This document shows, piece after piece, positions 9,648 through 18,796 of a stretch of DNA of 64,000 nucleotides (positions are counted from its first letter, which is position 1; the number at the start of each line of letters is the position of its first letter). The notes below the pieces were generated by a model. It saw only the letters and a program-made list of their open reading frames with translations. It was not told where the DNA came from and ran no database searches. The translations under genes and the position numbers were made by a program. Source of the stretch: an uncultured Planctomycetia bacterium (GTDB lineage: Bacteria; Omnitrophota; Gorgyraeia; Tantalellales; Tantalellaceae); NCBI GenBank assembly GCA_964527765.1, contig CAZGQR010000004.1:64083-128082 (forward strand). Reading direction: 5' to 3'.

Positions 9648-10409
9648 ATGCCGGATACGTTTGCCATTACCATACTTTTTATCGTTGTCTGCACCGTGGC
9701 AGGCGCTTTTGTAAAGGGCCGGACGAAAGATCTGTGTCTTCGGGATTTTTCCGGGTACTCCGTGACTCTTGAGAAGACCGGCGGCAAGGTCGTCTGGGGA
9801 AAGCTGCGCGTCGAGAATTCGGCGCTTGAGCTCGTCTATCCGGAACCTTATACGGATGAAAAGGACAAGCACACAGAGACAAGCTACATCCTCTATAAAA
9901 GCGAATACGGGCAGATGAAAGCCCTCGTGCGGTATATCGACGACCTTGATCCGGAGCGCGCGAAGGCGCGCGAAAAAGACCTTAAAAAGACGCGCTATCC
10001 TCACTGGTCTTCGCGCCTCATGCGGAGGGGGCGTAATTTTTTCGGGACGGTCCGCGATTCGCTTCTGGAAGTCGCGAATCTTTTTATGGGACGCGTCAAG
10101 TCGGCGATGCCCGCGGGCAAGATGCTGCAGGGGCAGGATAAATACGTTTCACAGCTTCAGCAGCAGGCAGCTGCGGCGATGCAGACATCCTATGAACCGA
10201 CGCTGGAGAGGTATATAGGTAAGGAAGTCGTCCTGGCTGTCATGCAGGACGGCAACAAGACGGAATACGCGGGCATTCTCAAGGACTATACGACGGAATT
10301 CATTGAAATAATGGATACCCGGTATGCGGATGCCCTGAGGAAGGAAACCCGCAGGGCTGATCTGGTGGTCCCCAGGGCCCTGGGGATAGTGCGGCATGCG
10401 GGAGGGTAA
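9648..10409 (+). CDS. Membrane-anchored hypothetical protein with two Sm/LSm-like segments
   Basis: N-terminal hydrophobic helix; RBS AGAGG; two segments resembling the Sm1 motif. Confidence 0.7.
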   Translation: MPDTFAITILFIVVCTVAGAFVKGRTKDLCLRDFSGYSVTLEKTGGKVVWGKLRVENSALELVYPEPYTDEKDKHTETSYILYKSEYGQMKALVRYIDDLDPERAKAREKDLKKTRYPHWSSRLMRRGRNFFGTVRDSLLEVANLFMGRVKSAMPAGKMLQGQDKYVSQLQQQAAAAMQTSYEPTLERYIGKEVVLAVMQDGNKTEYAGILKDYTTEFIEIMDTRYADALRKETRRADLVVPRALGIVRHAGG

Positions 10410-10415
10410 GACATA

Positions 10416-10988
10416 ATGAAGGTGCTTGGAATAAGCGGCAGCCCCAGGACCGGCGGGAACACGGATATCCTGCTTGAGAAAGCTCTTGAAGGAGCCGCCT
10501 CCTGCGGAGCGGAGACGGAAAAGATCATCCTGAACGAGCTTGAGATCGCGCCCTGCCAGCAGCAGGAATACGAGAATGTCAATGACGAGGGCCTCTCCGT
10601 GGTAGATGACGACATTCAGATCATATTCAGGAAGATAAAGGAGAGCGGGGCCCTCATTCTGGCATCGCCCATATTTTTCGGGAGTCTTTCCGCGCAGACC
10701 AAGACGATGATAGACCGTTTCCAGTGCGTGTGGCTGGCGAAGAATATACTGAAAAAGGATGTATTCACCGGAAAGATAGCAGGCGGTTTTATCTGCGTCG
10801 AGGCTACCCTGCGTGAAGATTTTTTTGACAACGCGAGATCGATCGTCAGGCATTTCTTTGCCACCATCGGGGTATCTTACAGAGGGGAAGTTTTTTGCCC
10901 GGGCCTGGATAAAAAGGGAAAAGTGCTGGAGCATCCCGGATGTCTTGAGAGCGCGCTCGAATTAGGCAGAAAAATAGCGGCCGGATAA
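10416..10988 (+). CDS. Flavodoxin-fold FMN protein (iron-sulfur flavoprotein/NADPH-FMN reductase family) with degenerate Cys motif
   Basis: GISGSPRTGGNT, ASPIFFG, KTMIDR. Confidence 0.88.
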   Translation: MKVLGISGSPRTGGNTDILLEKALEGAASCGAETEKIILNELEIAPCQQQEYENVNDEGLSVVDDDIQIIFRKIKESGALILASPIFFGSLSAQTKTMIDRFQCVWLAKNILKKDVFTGKIAGGFICVEATLREDFFDNARSIVRHFFATIGVSYRGEVFCPGLDKKGKVLEHPGCLESALELGRKIAAG

Positions 10989-11003
10989 TAGAAAAGGAAA
11001 AAA

Positions 11004-11519
11004 ATGGACGTGTTGTTGGTCAGTGACATGCTTAAGGATTTTATGACCCCGAAAGGCGCGTTGTATTGCGGGGCTGAAGCCAGGAAAATAATACCGTTCA
11101 TCGCGCAAAAAATAGACAAGTGCAGGGAATCCGATTGCAAGGTCATCTACGTATGCGATGCCCACAGAACCGATGACAAGGAATTTAAAATGTTCAACCC
11201 CCATTGCGTTGAAGGCACCGAAGGGGCTCAGATCATAGAAGAGTTAAAACCTCAGGACGAAGATATTATCGTGAAAAAGACCACATACAGCGCTTTCTAC
11301 GGGACCGAGCTGGAAAAGATCCTAAAGGAACTTGCCCCGGGAACCGTTTATGTCGCAGGTGTGTGCACCTCTATTTGCGTCATGGACATGGTGGGGGGAT
11401 TAGGGAACAGAGGGTACAGGACGGTCGTTTACAGGGACGGGGTCGCGGATTTTGACACGGAAGCCCACGAGTTCGCCTTGAAGAGAATGAAGGATATCTA
11501 CGGCGCAGAAATAGTGTAA
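11004..11519 (+). CDS. pncA: Nicotinamidase (isochorismatase/cysteine hydrolase family)
   Basis: DMLKDF, DAH, HC, KKTTYSAF, GVCTSICV (Asp-Lys-Cys triad plus metal ligands); adjacent to NAPRTase. Confidence 0.82.
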   Translation: MDVLLVSDMLKDFMTPKGALYCGAEARKIIPFIAQKIDKCRESDCKVIYVCDAHRTDDKEFKMFNPHCVEGTEGAQIIEELKPQDEDIIVKKTTYSAFYGTELEKILKELAPGTVYVAGVCTSICVMDMVGGLGNRGYRTVVYRDGVADFDTEAHEFALKRMKDIYGAEIV

Positions 11520-11542
11520 TGCCGTTTATGAAGGGGTAAGCT

Positions 11543-12604
11543 ATGGTGAGGTGGCAATACGGCAAGAGACTTCCACCGGCGGTCTTTGATATACCGGTGA
11601 AAAAAATAAAGAGCGGCTGGTATAGCGACAAGTATTTTGTCCGCACGAAAAAGATCCTTGAAAAGGATAATAACCACAGGAAAGTCATGATGCAGGTGTT
11701 CTGCAGGAAGGACGCGGTGGTATGCGGCCTTGACGAAGCCATTGCCGTGCTCAAACTTTGCGCCGACAGGCCCGAGGAACTGGCCATAAGGGCCCTGTAT
11801 GACGGGGATGAGGTCACCTCGGGCGAGACCGTGATGACAATAGAGGGAGACTACAGCACTTTTGCCCATCTTGAGACCGTTTATCTGGGCGTCATAGCCA
11901 GGCCCACAGCCATAGCGACGGCGGTCAAAAAGGTCGTTAAAGCCGCTAAGGATAAGAAGGTCCTGTTCTTTCCGGCGAGATTCGACCATTACCGCGTCCA
12001 GACCACCGACGGATATGCCGCTTTTATTTCCGGCGCCCTGGGCGTTTCGACGGATGCACAGGGGTTATGGTGGGGGGAGAAAGGCCTGGGGACCGTGCCG
12101 CACGGCCTGATAGCCGCTTATAACGGCGATACGGTCAAGGCGGCCGTTGCTTTTGATAAGTACATGCCGAAAAATATCCAGCGCGTCGTTCTCGTTGATT
12201 TTGATAATGATTGCATAGGGACCTCCCTCAAGGTGGCCGAGGCGCTCGGCAGGCGCCTGTGGGGGGTCCGTTTTGATACGGCGGAGGACGTGAGGGACAA
12301 GTCCGTCAAGGGCCGGGGTAAAGATTCCTACGGCGTGTGCCCGGAACTTGTTTTCAAGGCAAGGGAGGCCTTCGACAGGCGCGGGTTCGATTATGTGAAA
12401 ATAATCATCTCCAGCGGGTTCAATGAGGAGAAGATAAAGAGGTTTATAAAGCTGAAAGTCCCGTTTGATGCGGTTGGTGTCGGCTCGGCCCTCATGAGAG
12501 AAAAGGTAGATTTTACGGCGGATATCGTAAGAGTGAACGGAAAAGCGCTTTCTAAAGTAGGCAGGAGGCGGGAACCGAATCCGAGACTGAAGCCGGTCAA
12601 GTAA
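11543..12604 (+). CDS. pncB: Nicotinate phosphoribosyltransferase (type II PRTase)
   Basis: SDKYF, HLETVYLG, GTVPH (phospho-His site), GVRFDT, SSGF, GVGS. Confidence 0.82.
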   Translation: MVRWQYGKRLPPAVFDIPVKKIKSGWYSDKYFVRTKKILEKDNNHRKVMMQVFCRKDAVVCGLDEAIAVLKLCADRPEELAIRALYDGDEVTSGETVMTIEGDYSTFAHLETVYLGVIARPTAIATAVKKVVKAAKDKKVLFFPARFDHYRVQTTDGYAAFISGALGVSTDAQGLWWGEKGLGTVPHGLIAAYNGDTVKAAVAFDKYMPKNIQRVVLVDFDNDCIGTSLKVAEALGRRLWGVRFDTAEDVRDKSVKGRGKDSYGVCPELVFKAREAFDRRGFDYVKIIISSGFNEEKIKRFIKLKVPFDAVGVGSALMREKVDFTADIVRVNGKALSKVGRRREPNPRLKPVK

Positions 12605-13862
12605 GCACGTGGGGCGGAGGACCGGATTTTTCATTCGCGAGACAGAGAGTTTTAAACAAAAGTCCGGCGTTTATCCAGAAGAATATACTTAAATCCCAGC
12701 CGCCGATCAGAGTTACCGCCGTAGTATTGTATATGAAGGTGAAAACCACGACAGCTAAAAAGAAAAATATTTGCGGGATAAGCGATCTTTTCTGCGCGTC
12801 AATATGTTTCATCATTACCCCGACCCCGACCCAATAACATGTTATAAAGGTAAGAAAACCGCCCAGCCCGATCAGTCCGGCCTCGCCCAGAACTTCAAGC
12901 AATATATTATGCGCGTCCTGTCCCGGGGGTGTCAGATAAAGCGGCAAGCAGTCCGGTCCAACCCCGACGAAAGGATGTTCGCGAAATATGCTGAATACCT
13001 GGATCCATAACGACTCGCGGTTCGCCAGATCAAACTGGACCAGGAGTTGCAGTCTTCCCAGGATCTGCGGGAATTTAAACATGAAAATTCCAAACAAAAA
13101 GACAATAATGAAAATATATGTCCCCAGATAAGAGAAGATCTTCCGTATCCCGGAGAGCTTTAACAGGTAAATCACGGATACAATAACCACACCCCCCGCA
13201 ACGAGCGATAACCAGCTTCCCCTGGAATAAGTCAAGATCAGGACAGGGAAAAAGATCAGGGAAAGAAGCAGTGCGTATCCGCGGCAGTTTTTTCTCTCGC
13301 AGACCAGCCCCAGAGATATGATCCCTAAAAGAAGGCTTCCGATGTATCCTCCAAGCTGATTGTAATGTCCGAACGGCCCGCTTAGTGCGTTTATGATATA
13401 TGTTTCCTTTGTGGAAGCCAGAGGATACGCTTTGATAATATCCACGCCTTTTATATATTGATAACCGCAGTCGATCACTACAAATAATGCAGCGATGATC
13501 ATCATGGATATTATGCGTTCGATCTTTGCCGGGGTATCCACCGTCCCCCATATACTTAAAAAGATAAAACCATAAAAGATAAAACGCGTGAAGAAATATT
13601 CCTGGGAGACGTCAAAATTCCTGCTGAACAGCAGGGCGATCAAAAATGAGCCGAAAAAAGCAAGTAAGGGCCATCTGAGGGGGGATCCGAACAGCGAAAA
13701 CGGGCTTCGCAGAAGAAAGACAAGCAGGGAGCTCAGACATAACATGTAAACAAAGAACTTTGTCAGATTTTTATCGAAAGGCAGAAAAAGCGCTACAAGG
13801 CAGAGGCAGATAAAAGCACAACGTTCAAATATTGCGATCAACGACGATTTTTCTATTTTCAC
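12597..13862 (-). CDS. O-antigen ligase / O-oligosaccharyltransferase family membrane protein
   Basis: Many TM helices; GPFGHYNQLG, LTYSRGSWL, R..LW, HPFVGVG, AHN..LEVLGEAGLIG. Confidence 0.85.
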   Translation of the reverse strand: MKIEKSSLIAIFERCAFICLCLVALFLPFDKNLTKFFVYMLCLSSLLVFLLRSPFSLFGSPLRWPLLAFFGSFLIALLFSRNFDVSQEYFFTRFIFYGFIFLSIWGTVDTPAKIERIISMMIIAALFVVIDCGYQYIKGVDIIKAYPLASTKETYIINALSGPFGHYNQLGGYIGSLLLGIISLGLVCERKNCRGYALLLSLIFFPVLILTYSRGSWLSLVAGGVVIVSVIYLLKLSGIRKIFSYLGTYIFIIVFLFGIFMFKFPQILGRLQLLVQFDLANRESLWIQVFSIFREHPFVGVGPDCLPLYLTPPGQDAHNILLEVLGEAGLIGLGGFLTFITCYWVGVGVMMKHIDAQKRSLIPQIFFFLAVVVFTFIYNTTAVTLIGGWDLSIFFWINAGLLFKTLCLANEKSGPPPHVLT

Positions 13863-13924
13863 AATAAAAGCAGTATATCACACTTTTTTGCAATAATAAA
13901 TGTTGCAAATTTTTACGCTTCCTA

Positions 13925-13953
13925 TTGTAAGTTCAGCACCGGTATGATACAAT
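13925..13953 (+). promoter_or_regulatory. Putative sigma70 promoter for the purF-like gene
   Basis: TTGTAA (13925-13930), 17-bp spacer, TACAAT (13948-13953) with extended -10 TG; RBS GGGAGG before 14049. Confidence 0.6.
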
Positions 13954-14048
13954 ACGTCTTTGCTGTTCGTCGTTACTGTTTTAGGTCCGTTTCATATCCA
14001 TGTCCTTAATTATCTATTGGAGCTTTTTTAACGGGAGGTCAGCTTAAG

Positions 14049-15506
14049 ATGAGCGGGATTTTTGGAGTAGTTTCCAGGGGGAATTGCGCGGAGACGTTAT
14101 TATACGGCACGGATTATCATTCGCATCTGGGCACGGAATACGGAGGCGTAGCCGTGCTGGGGGATGATTTTCAGCGGCAGATCCACAGTATCAGCCAGAG
14201 CCAGTTCAAATCCAAGTTCTATGAAGACTGCAGGCGGATGTCCGGCAACAAGGGTATAGGCGTCATCTCGGACAGCAATGAGCAGCCCATCTTTCTTAAT
14301 TCAAAATTCGGGCCGTTCTGTATCGTTACCGGCGGACTCATAGAAAACAGCGAAGAACTGACGAAAGAACTGCTCGCCAAGGGCGTTTCCTTTAGCGAGA
14401 TGAGCAAGGCGACGGTCAACGTGACGGAACTGATAGCAAAGCTGATCAACCAGGGGAATGACCTGATAGACGGCATTGAAAAGATGTTCGATAAAATAGA
14501 AGGTTCCTGCTCGCTGCTGTTGCTGAACAGGGAAGGTGTCTATGCTGCCAGGGACCGCCTGGGATATACGCCCCTTGTCGTCGGGAAGAGAGAAGACGCG
14601 TGGGCAGTGACTTCCGAGACATCAGCTTTTCCCAATAACAGGTTTGAGATAGTGAAGTATCTTGAACCCGGAGAGATAGTCGTGATCAACGAGCAGGGCA
14701 TGGTGCAGAAAAGAGGCGGGGGCGACAGGAACCAGATATGCGCCTTTTTATGGTTATATACCGGTTTTCCCGCCTCGAATTATGAGGGGATCAACGTGGA
14801 AACGGTAAGGGAGAAGTGCGGCAGGTATCTGGCGCAGAAAGACAAAGATATTGAAGTGGATATGGTTTCCGGGATACCCGATTCGGGAGTAGCTCACGCG
14901 CTCGGATATGCCATGGAGTCCGGCAAGCCCTTAAGGAGGCCGCTGGTAAAATACACTCCCGGATACGGCCGAAGTTACACTCCGCCATCACAGGAGACCC
15001 GCGATCTGGTCGCCACCATGAAACTCATCCCCATAAAGGATATAATCAAGGGCAACAGGATCGTCGTATGCGAGGATTCCATAGTAAGGGGGACGCAGTT
15101 AAAGAACTTCACGGTGAATAAATTATGGGAATGCGGCGCCAAGGAGATTCACGTCAGACCCGCATGCCCGCCGCTCATGTTCCCGTGCAAGTTCTGCCTG
15201 TCCACGCGGAGCATCCATGAACTTGCCGCCCGAAAGGCCATCCGGGACCTGGAAGGGCACGACATAGAGGATGTATCGGAATACGCCGACCATAATACGG
15301 AAAAGTACAAGAAGATGGTGAAGTGGATCGCCGATGACCTGGGCGTGACCACCCTCAGATATCAGACGCTCGATGATATGGTCAAAGCCATCGGTTTGCC
15401 GAAAGAGAAGCTGTGCCATTATTGCTGGACCGGCGAAAGCCCCGATCCGGAGCATAAGCCAAAAAATACGGGCAAGATGAGACAGAAAGTATCCCACGGC
15501 TCGTAA
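14049..15506 (+). CDS. purF: Amidophosphoribosyltransferase-like protein (Ser in place of the N-terminal catalytic Cys)
   Basis: Ntn domain start MSGIFG; RD.LG..PL; GIPDSG; PRPP loop VCEDSIVRGT; Fe-S Cys in ICAF, CPPLMFPC, CHYC. Confidence 0.85.
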   Translation: MSGIFGVVSRGNCAETLLYGTDYHSHLGTEYGGVAVLGDDFQRQIHSISQSQFKSKFYEDCRRMSGNKGIGVISDSNEQPIFLNSKFGPFCIVTGGLIENSEELTKELLAKGVSFSEMSKATVNVTELIAKLINQGNDLIDGIEKMFDKIEGSCSLLLLNREGVYAARDRLGYTPLVVGKREDAWAVTSETSAFPNNRFEIVKYLEPGEIVVINEQGMVQKRGGGDRNQICAFLWLYTGFPASNYEGINVETVREKCGRYLAQKDKDIEVDMVSGIPDSGVAHALGYAMESGKPLRRPLVKYTPGYGRSYTPPSQETRDLVATMKLIPIKDIIKGNRIVVCEDSIVRGTQLKNFTVNKLWECGAKEIHVRPACPPLMFPCKFCLSTRSIHELAARKAIRDLEGHDIEDVSEYADHNTEKYKKMVKWIADDLGVTTLRYQTLDDMVKAIGLPKEKLCHYCWTGESPDPEHKPKNTGKMRQKVSHGS

Positions 15507-15567
15507 TCCGGACCTCACAGCTTTTAACCTGTGCAAAATCAGAAACACCGAAAGGGAGAACTTCGCT

Positions 15568-16335
15568 TTGAGAAAAGCCGCGATGATCTGTTTGCTGCTT
15601 TCAGCGCTGATAAGCTGTCCTTCAAGTTCAGCCGCGGAGGGCGATGTATTCAGGACCGGCTATGTGTGTTTTGACCTGGAAGGAAATGAACGGTGGAGCG
15701 CCGAGACGGAAATAACACGCTCCGAAAGCGGCAGAAAAGACGTCTATACGCTGACGGAAAAGGGTAAAGGTTACTACAGCGGTTTTAAGGATAAAGTTTC
15801 ATGGACAGCCGTGCTGGAATTTGAAAGCAATGATAGACGGGTCAGGCCTCTCAGGATGGAGAAGCGGACGTTCAGTGAAGAAGGGGGACCGATCGCCCTG
15901 GAGATCCAGGAATTTGATTTCACGGATGAAAGGGTGACCTGTATCCACGAGGACCTCTCCGGCGGCACCAGGCGGGAAAAGGCGTTCAGGATAAAGGGAG
16001 ATATAGCCAACCGGCTTATACTTGGCCTGTATGTCCAGAAGTTCCTGGAAAATGCGATACGCCGGCGGGAGATCTACATGCTGAGCAGCGAACCCCGGCT
16101 TTACAGGATAGACATAAAGGTGGTCGGCGAGGAAGAACTTGATATCAACGGACGGGAAAGAGCGGCTTATAAATTGTGCCTGGATCCGGACCTGGGCCTG
16201 TTCAACATGCTCAAAGTCGTTCTCCCCAAGGCGTACGCCTGGCATTCGGCCGTGCCGAAATTCGAATGGCTGAAATACGTCGGGCTGGAGGGGAGCGTTT
16301 CCTCCCCGAAAGTGGAGATCAGGACACTGGAGTAG
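15568..16335 (+). CDS. Secreted/periplasmic hypothetical beta-rich protein (DUF3108-like)
   Basis: TTG start with RBS GGGAG; signal peptide; KVVGEEELDI.GR...AYKL pattern. Confidence 0.65.
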   Translation: MRKAAMICLLLSALISCPSSSAAEGDVFRTGYVCFDLEGNERWSAETEITRSESGRKDVYTLTEKGKGYYSGFKDKVSWTAVLEFESNDRRVRPLRMEKRTFSEEGGPIALEIQEFDFTDERVTCIHEDLSGGTRREKAFRIKGDIANRLILGLYVQKFLENAIRRREIYMLSSEPRLYRIDIKVVGEEELDINGRERAAYKLCLDPDLGLFNMLKVVLPKAYAWHSAVPKFEWLKYVGLEGSVSSPKVEIRTLE

Positions 16336-16339
16336 ATAT

Positions 16340-17674
16340 ATGGCGAAAAATATCATTCCGGAGAAGTTCCGCGGCGAGTACGAAGTCGAATTAAGCCGGC
16401 TTTTTCATTTCCGCATAAACCTTTTCTGCTACATAGCGATCTTCGCGTTCTCGCTCGAGGTGATACTCGGTCTTATTTTTTTCAGAAAACTCCTGAGCGT
16501 AAAAGATATGCCCGGGATCATAGGGGGGACGCTGTTCTCCGTGCTATTGCTCATAGCGGGAAGGGCCTTCAGATCGCTTCGCTTTCAGAAGGCCAGGGCC
16601 TTCTTTTTCACTTTCCTGCTGATACTAATAGCCGTTCTTGCCGCCACGGCCCATCCCGAGGTCATATCTTATATGGGGATCACGCTGGTCCTGCTGGCAT
16701 TCTTTTCGAGCGTGCTTCTTCTGCCGTGGACCTGGCTGGAAGCGTCGGTAATAGGCATATTCACGCTGGTAAATTTCGCCTGGGTCTATCTGGCTGCCGG
16801 CACGTTCGTCAGCGGCGAGATCTTCGGGATCAACATCATACTGCTCGGCGTCGCTATTTTCGTGGGCGCGATCGTCAAGAGGAGCGAGGAGATACTGAGG
16901 CAGAAAAGTTTCGCGTCCCGCAAGGATATAGAGGTAAAAAACGCTATAATGGCAAAAGAGCTTGAACTGGCAAAAAGCATCCACAAGGGCCTCATGCCGA
17001 AATCCATCAGGGCCGACCTGGCGGATATCGCGGTAACGTACAAGCCGGTATTTTACATGGGCGGCGATTACGCCAAGTTCCATTTTACGGATAAGGACAA
17101 ACTGATGTTCATCCTGGCCGATATCACGGGGCACGGCGTATCGGCGGCCCTTCTGGTGAACAGGATCCATATAGAGATAGAACGGTCGATCAGGGAAAAC
17201 CTCGCTCCCGGCGAGCTACTGAAGTCCCTTAATGACTTTATAAATGAGGATTTCGGGAAGATGGGGTTTTTTCTTACCGCGTTCTGCGGACTTCTGGATT
17301 TTTCCTCTAACAAGCTGATATACTCCAATTACGGCCATCCGCCCCAGATACTGGTCCAGTCCAGAGGGAACAAGATCGTTCTCATGGAGCCGCAGACGTT
17401 CCTGATGGGAATAGGCATGGAAGCGGGAAGTGTCTATAATAATGAAGTCGGGTTCGAGAAAGGAGACCGGCTCATACTCTTTACGGACGGCGTAACAGAG
17501 GCCAAAAACCCGAAGGATGAGTTCTTCGGACACCAACGGCTCGAGGATTTTGCAAAGAACAACGCCGATCTTGACGTGGTGAAGTTCAACAGCAGGCTTG
17601 AAGAGGAGATCAGCGCCTTCCAGGCCGCCCGGCAGGATGACGATATTTTCCTTTTGACGATACAGACAAAGTGA
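16340..17674 (+). CDS. Membrane-bound PP2C/SpoIIE (RsbU-like) protein phosphatase
   Basis: About 6 N-terminal TM helices; ELELAK.IH, GGDY, ADITGHG, FTDG, QDDD. Confidence 0.9.
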   Translation: MAKNIIPEKFRGEYEVELSRLFHFRINLFCYIAIFAFSLEVILGLIFFRKLLSVKDMPGIIGGTLFSVLLLIAGRAFRSLRFQKARAFFFTFLLILIAVLAATAHPEVISYMGITLVLLAFFSSVLLLPWTWLEASVIGIFTLVNFAWVYLAAGTFVSGEIFGINIILLGVAIFVGAIVKRSEEILRQKSFASRKDIEVKNAIMAKELELAKSIHKGLMPKSIRADLADIAVTYKPVFYMGGDYAKFHFTDKDKLMFILADITGHGVSAALLVNRIHIEIERSIRENLAPGELLKSLNDFINEDFGKMGFFLTAFCGLLDFSSNKLIYSNYGHPPQILVQSRGNKIVLMEPQTFLMGIGMEAGSVYNNEVGFEKGDRLILFTDGVTEAKNPKDEFFGHQRLEDFAKNNADLDVVKFNSRLEEEISAFQAARQDDDIFLLTIQTK

Positions 17675-17720
17675 TCGCGTTACGGAATGATCTTTCCGGG
17701 GCATCAAAGAGGAGAACTAA

Positions 17721-18488
17721 ATGAGCAAAGCTAAAGATGCATACAATAAGTACTATCAGGGCCTGGAGACGCCGATCGGCGGGATCGAAAGATATGCATG
17801 GATCAACTCCGGACTTTTGGGCGCCACGACGCATAAAACTATTCTGGATGTCGGATGCGGTGAAGGTTCGCTTTTAAAGATGTTAAAGGACAAAGGCAAT
17901 GACGTTTTTGGTATAGATGCCTCTAAAGAGGGTTTTCTCGCGTGTCAAAAAAAGGGGATCGATTGCAAACTCCTCGACGCCAGCGCGGAGAGGTTTCCAT
18001 ATAATGATGATAAGTTTGATATTGCACTGTGCCTCGAAACGATAGAACACCTCGAGAACCCTTATCACTGTATATGTGAGATAAAAAGAGTCCTGAAGGA
18101 AAAGGGCACGCTTATCATCAGTATTCCGAATTTCAAGATGCTGCACCCTTATATATACCCGGGACTTTTCAAGTTTAAGCATTTCAAGGATTTCCTGGAA
18201 CTTAATTCTTTTGAAATCCTTCAGGTGAAGGGGTGGGGGCAGGTCGCGATGCTGAACAGAACCAGCAGATGGCTTAAATCAAAGAACAATGCTTTTACTC
18301 AATTCCTGTCGAAATCGATATTTTATCTGAGCAGGAAACGGAATGCCCTGATGCGGAACCATCTCGGGACCCCGCTGGCCTACAGCCATGCATGGAATTT
18401 CGTGTGTCTTAATAGTAAAAGCGACAAAAACTTACTGGAGCTGGTAGCGGACAAAACCTGTCATAGCGAAGCAAGGAAAAACGGGTGA
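17721..18488 (+). CDS. Class I SAM-dependent methyltransferase
   Basis: ILDVGCGEG, ETIEHL, RVLKEKG, SIPN. Confidence 0.88.
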   Translation: MSKAKDAYNKYYQGLETPIGGIERYAWINSGLLGATTHKTILDVGCGEGSLLKMLKDKGNDVFGIDASKEGFLACQKKGIDCKLLDASAERFPYNDDKFDIALCLETIEHLENPYHCICEIKRVLKEKGTLIISIPNFKMLHPYIYPGLFKFKHFKDFLELNSFEILQVKGWGQVAMLNRTSRWLKSKNNAFTQFLSKSIFYLSRKRNALMRNHLGTPLAYSHAWNFVCLNSKSDKNLLELVADKTCHSEARKNG

Positions 18489-18534
18489 GGCAGGACAAAA
18501 GATACCCACGCTCATGGTCCGTATCTCGTGTTTT

Positions 18535-18563
18535 TTGCATAAAAAGGGAATCGTAAGTATAAT
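18535..18563 (+). promoter_or_regulatory. Putative upstream sigma70 promoter (P1) of the glycan locus
   Basis: TTGCAT (18535-18540), 17-bp spacer, TATAAT (18558-18563). Confidence 0.5.
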
Positions 18564-18712
18564 ACAAAGTTACTTTTTCACATAACTACTTTAAAATAAA
18601 GAGCTTTTCTTATCTCACCAAAAACCCACAAATACTGCAAATAACCCGGAAAATGCCCCTCAAAGTGTCAAATCCCATATAATTGTATAATGATTTTATA
18701 TGTAAAAATGTA

Positions 18713-18740
18713 TTGACATATGCTATTAAGAAGCTATAAT
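18713..18740 (+). promoter_or_regulatory. Consensus sigma70 promoter (P2) of the glycan locus
   Basis: TTGACA (18713-18718), 16-bp spacer, TATAAT (18735-18740). Confidence 0.8.
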
Positions 18741-18742
18741 GT

Positions 18743-18796
18743 TGTTCAATGAATGAACATCCTTTAGGAAAGGATATTTTGTTCAATGAATGAACA
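18743..18796. promoter_or_regulatory. Two identical 17-bp palindromes TGTTCA-ATGAA-TGAACA; putative MarR operators
   Basis: Copies at 18743-18759 (over the predicted TSS) and 18780-18796 (over the marR start codon). Confidence 0.75.

Noticed and set aside
18666-18671. Reverse-strand TTGACA as a divergent promoter
   Set aside because: No -10 element at a suitable spacing.
18489-18785. JUMPstart/ops antitermination element or riboswitch in the locus leader
   Set aside because: No GGCGGTAG ops motif or recognisable riboswitch consensus was seen.
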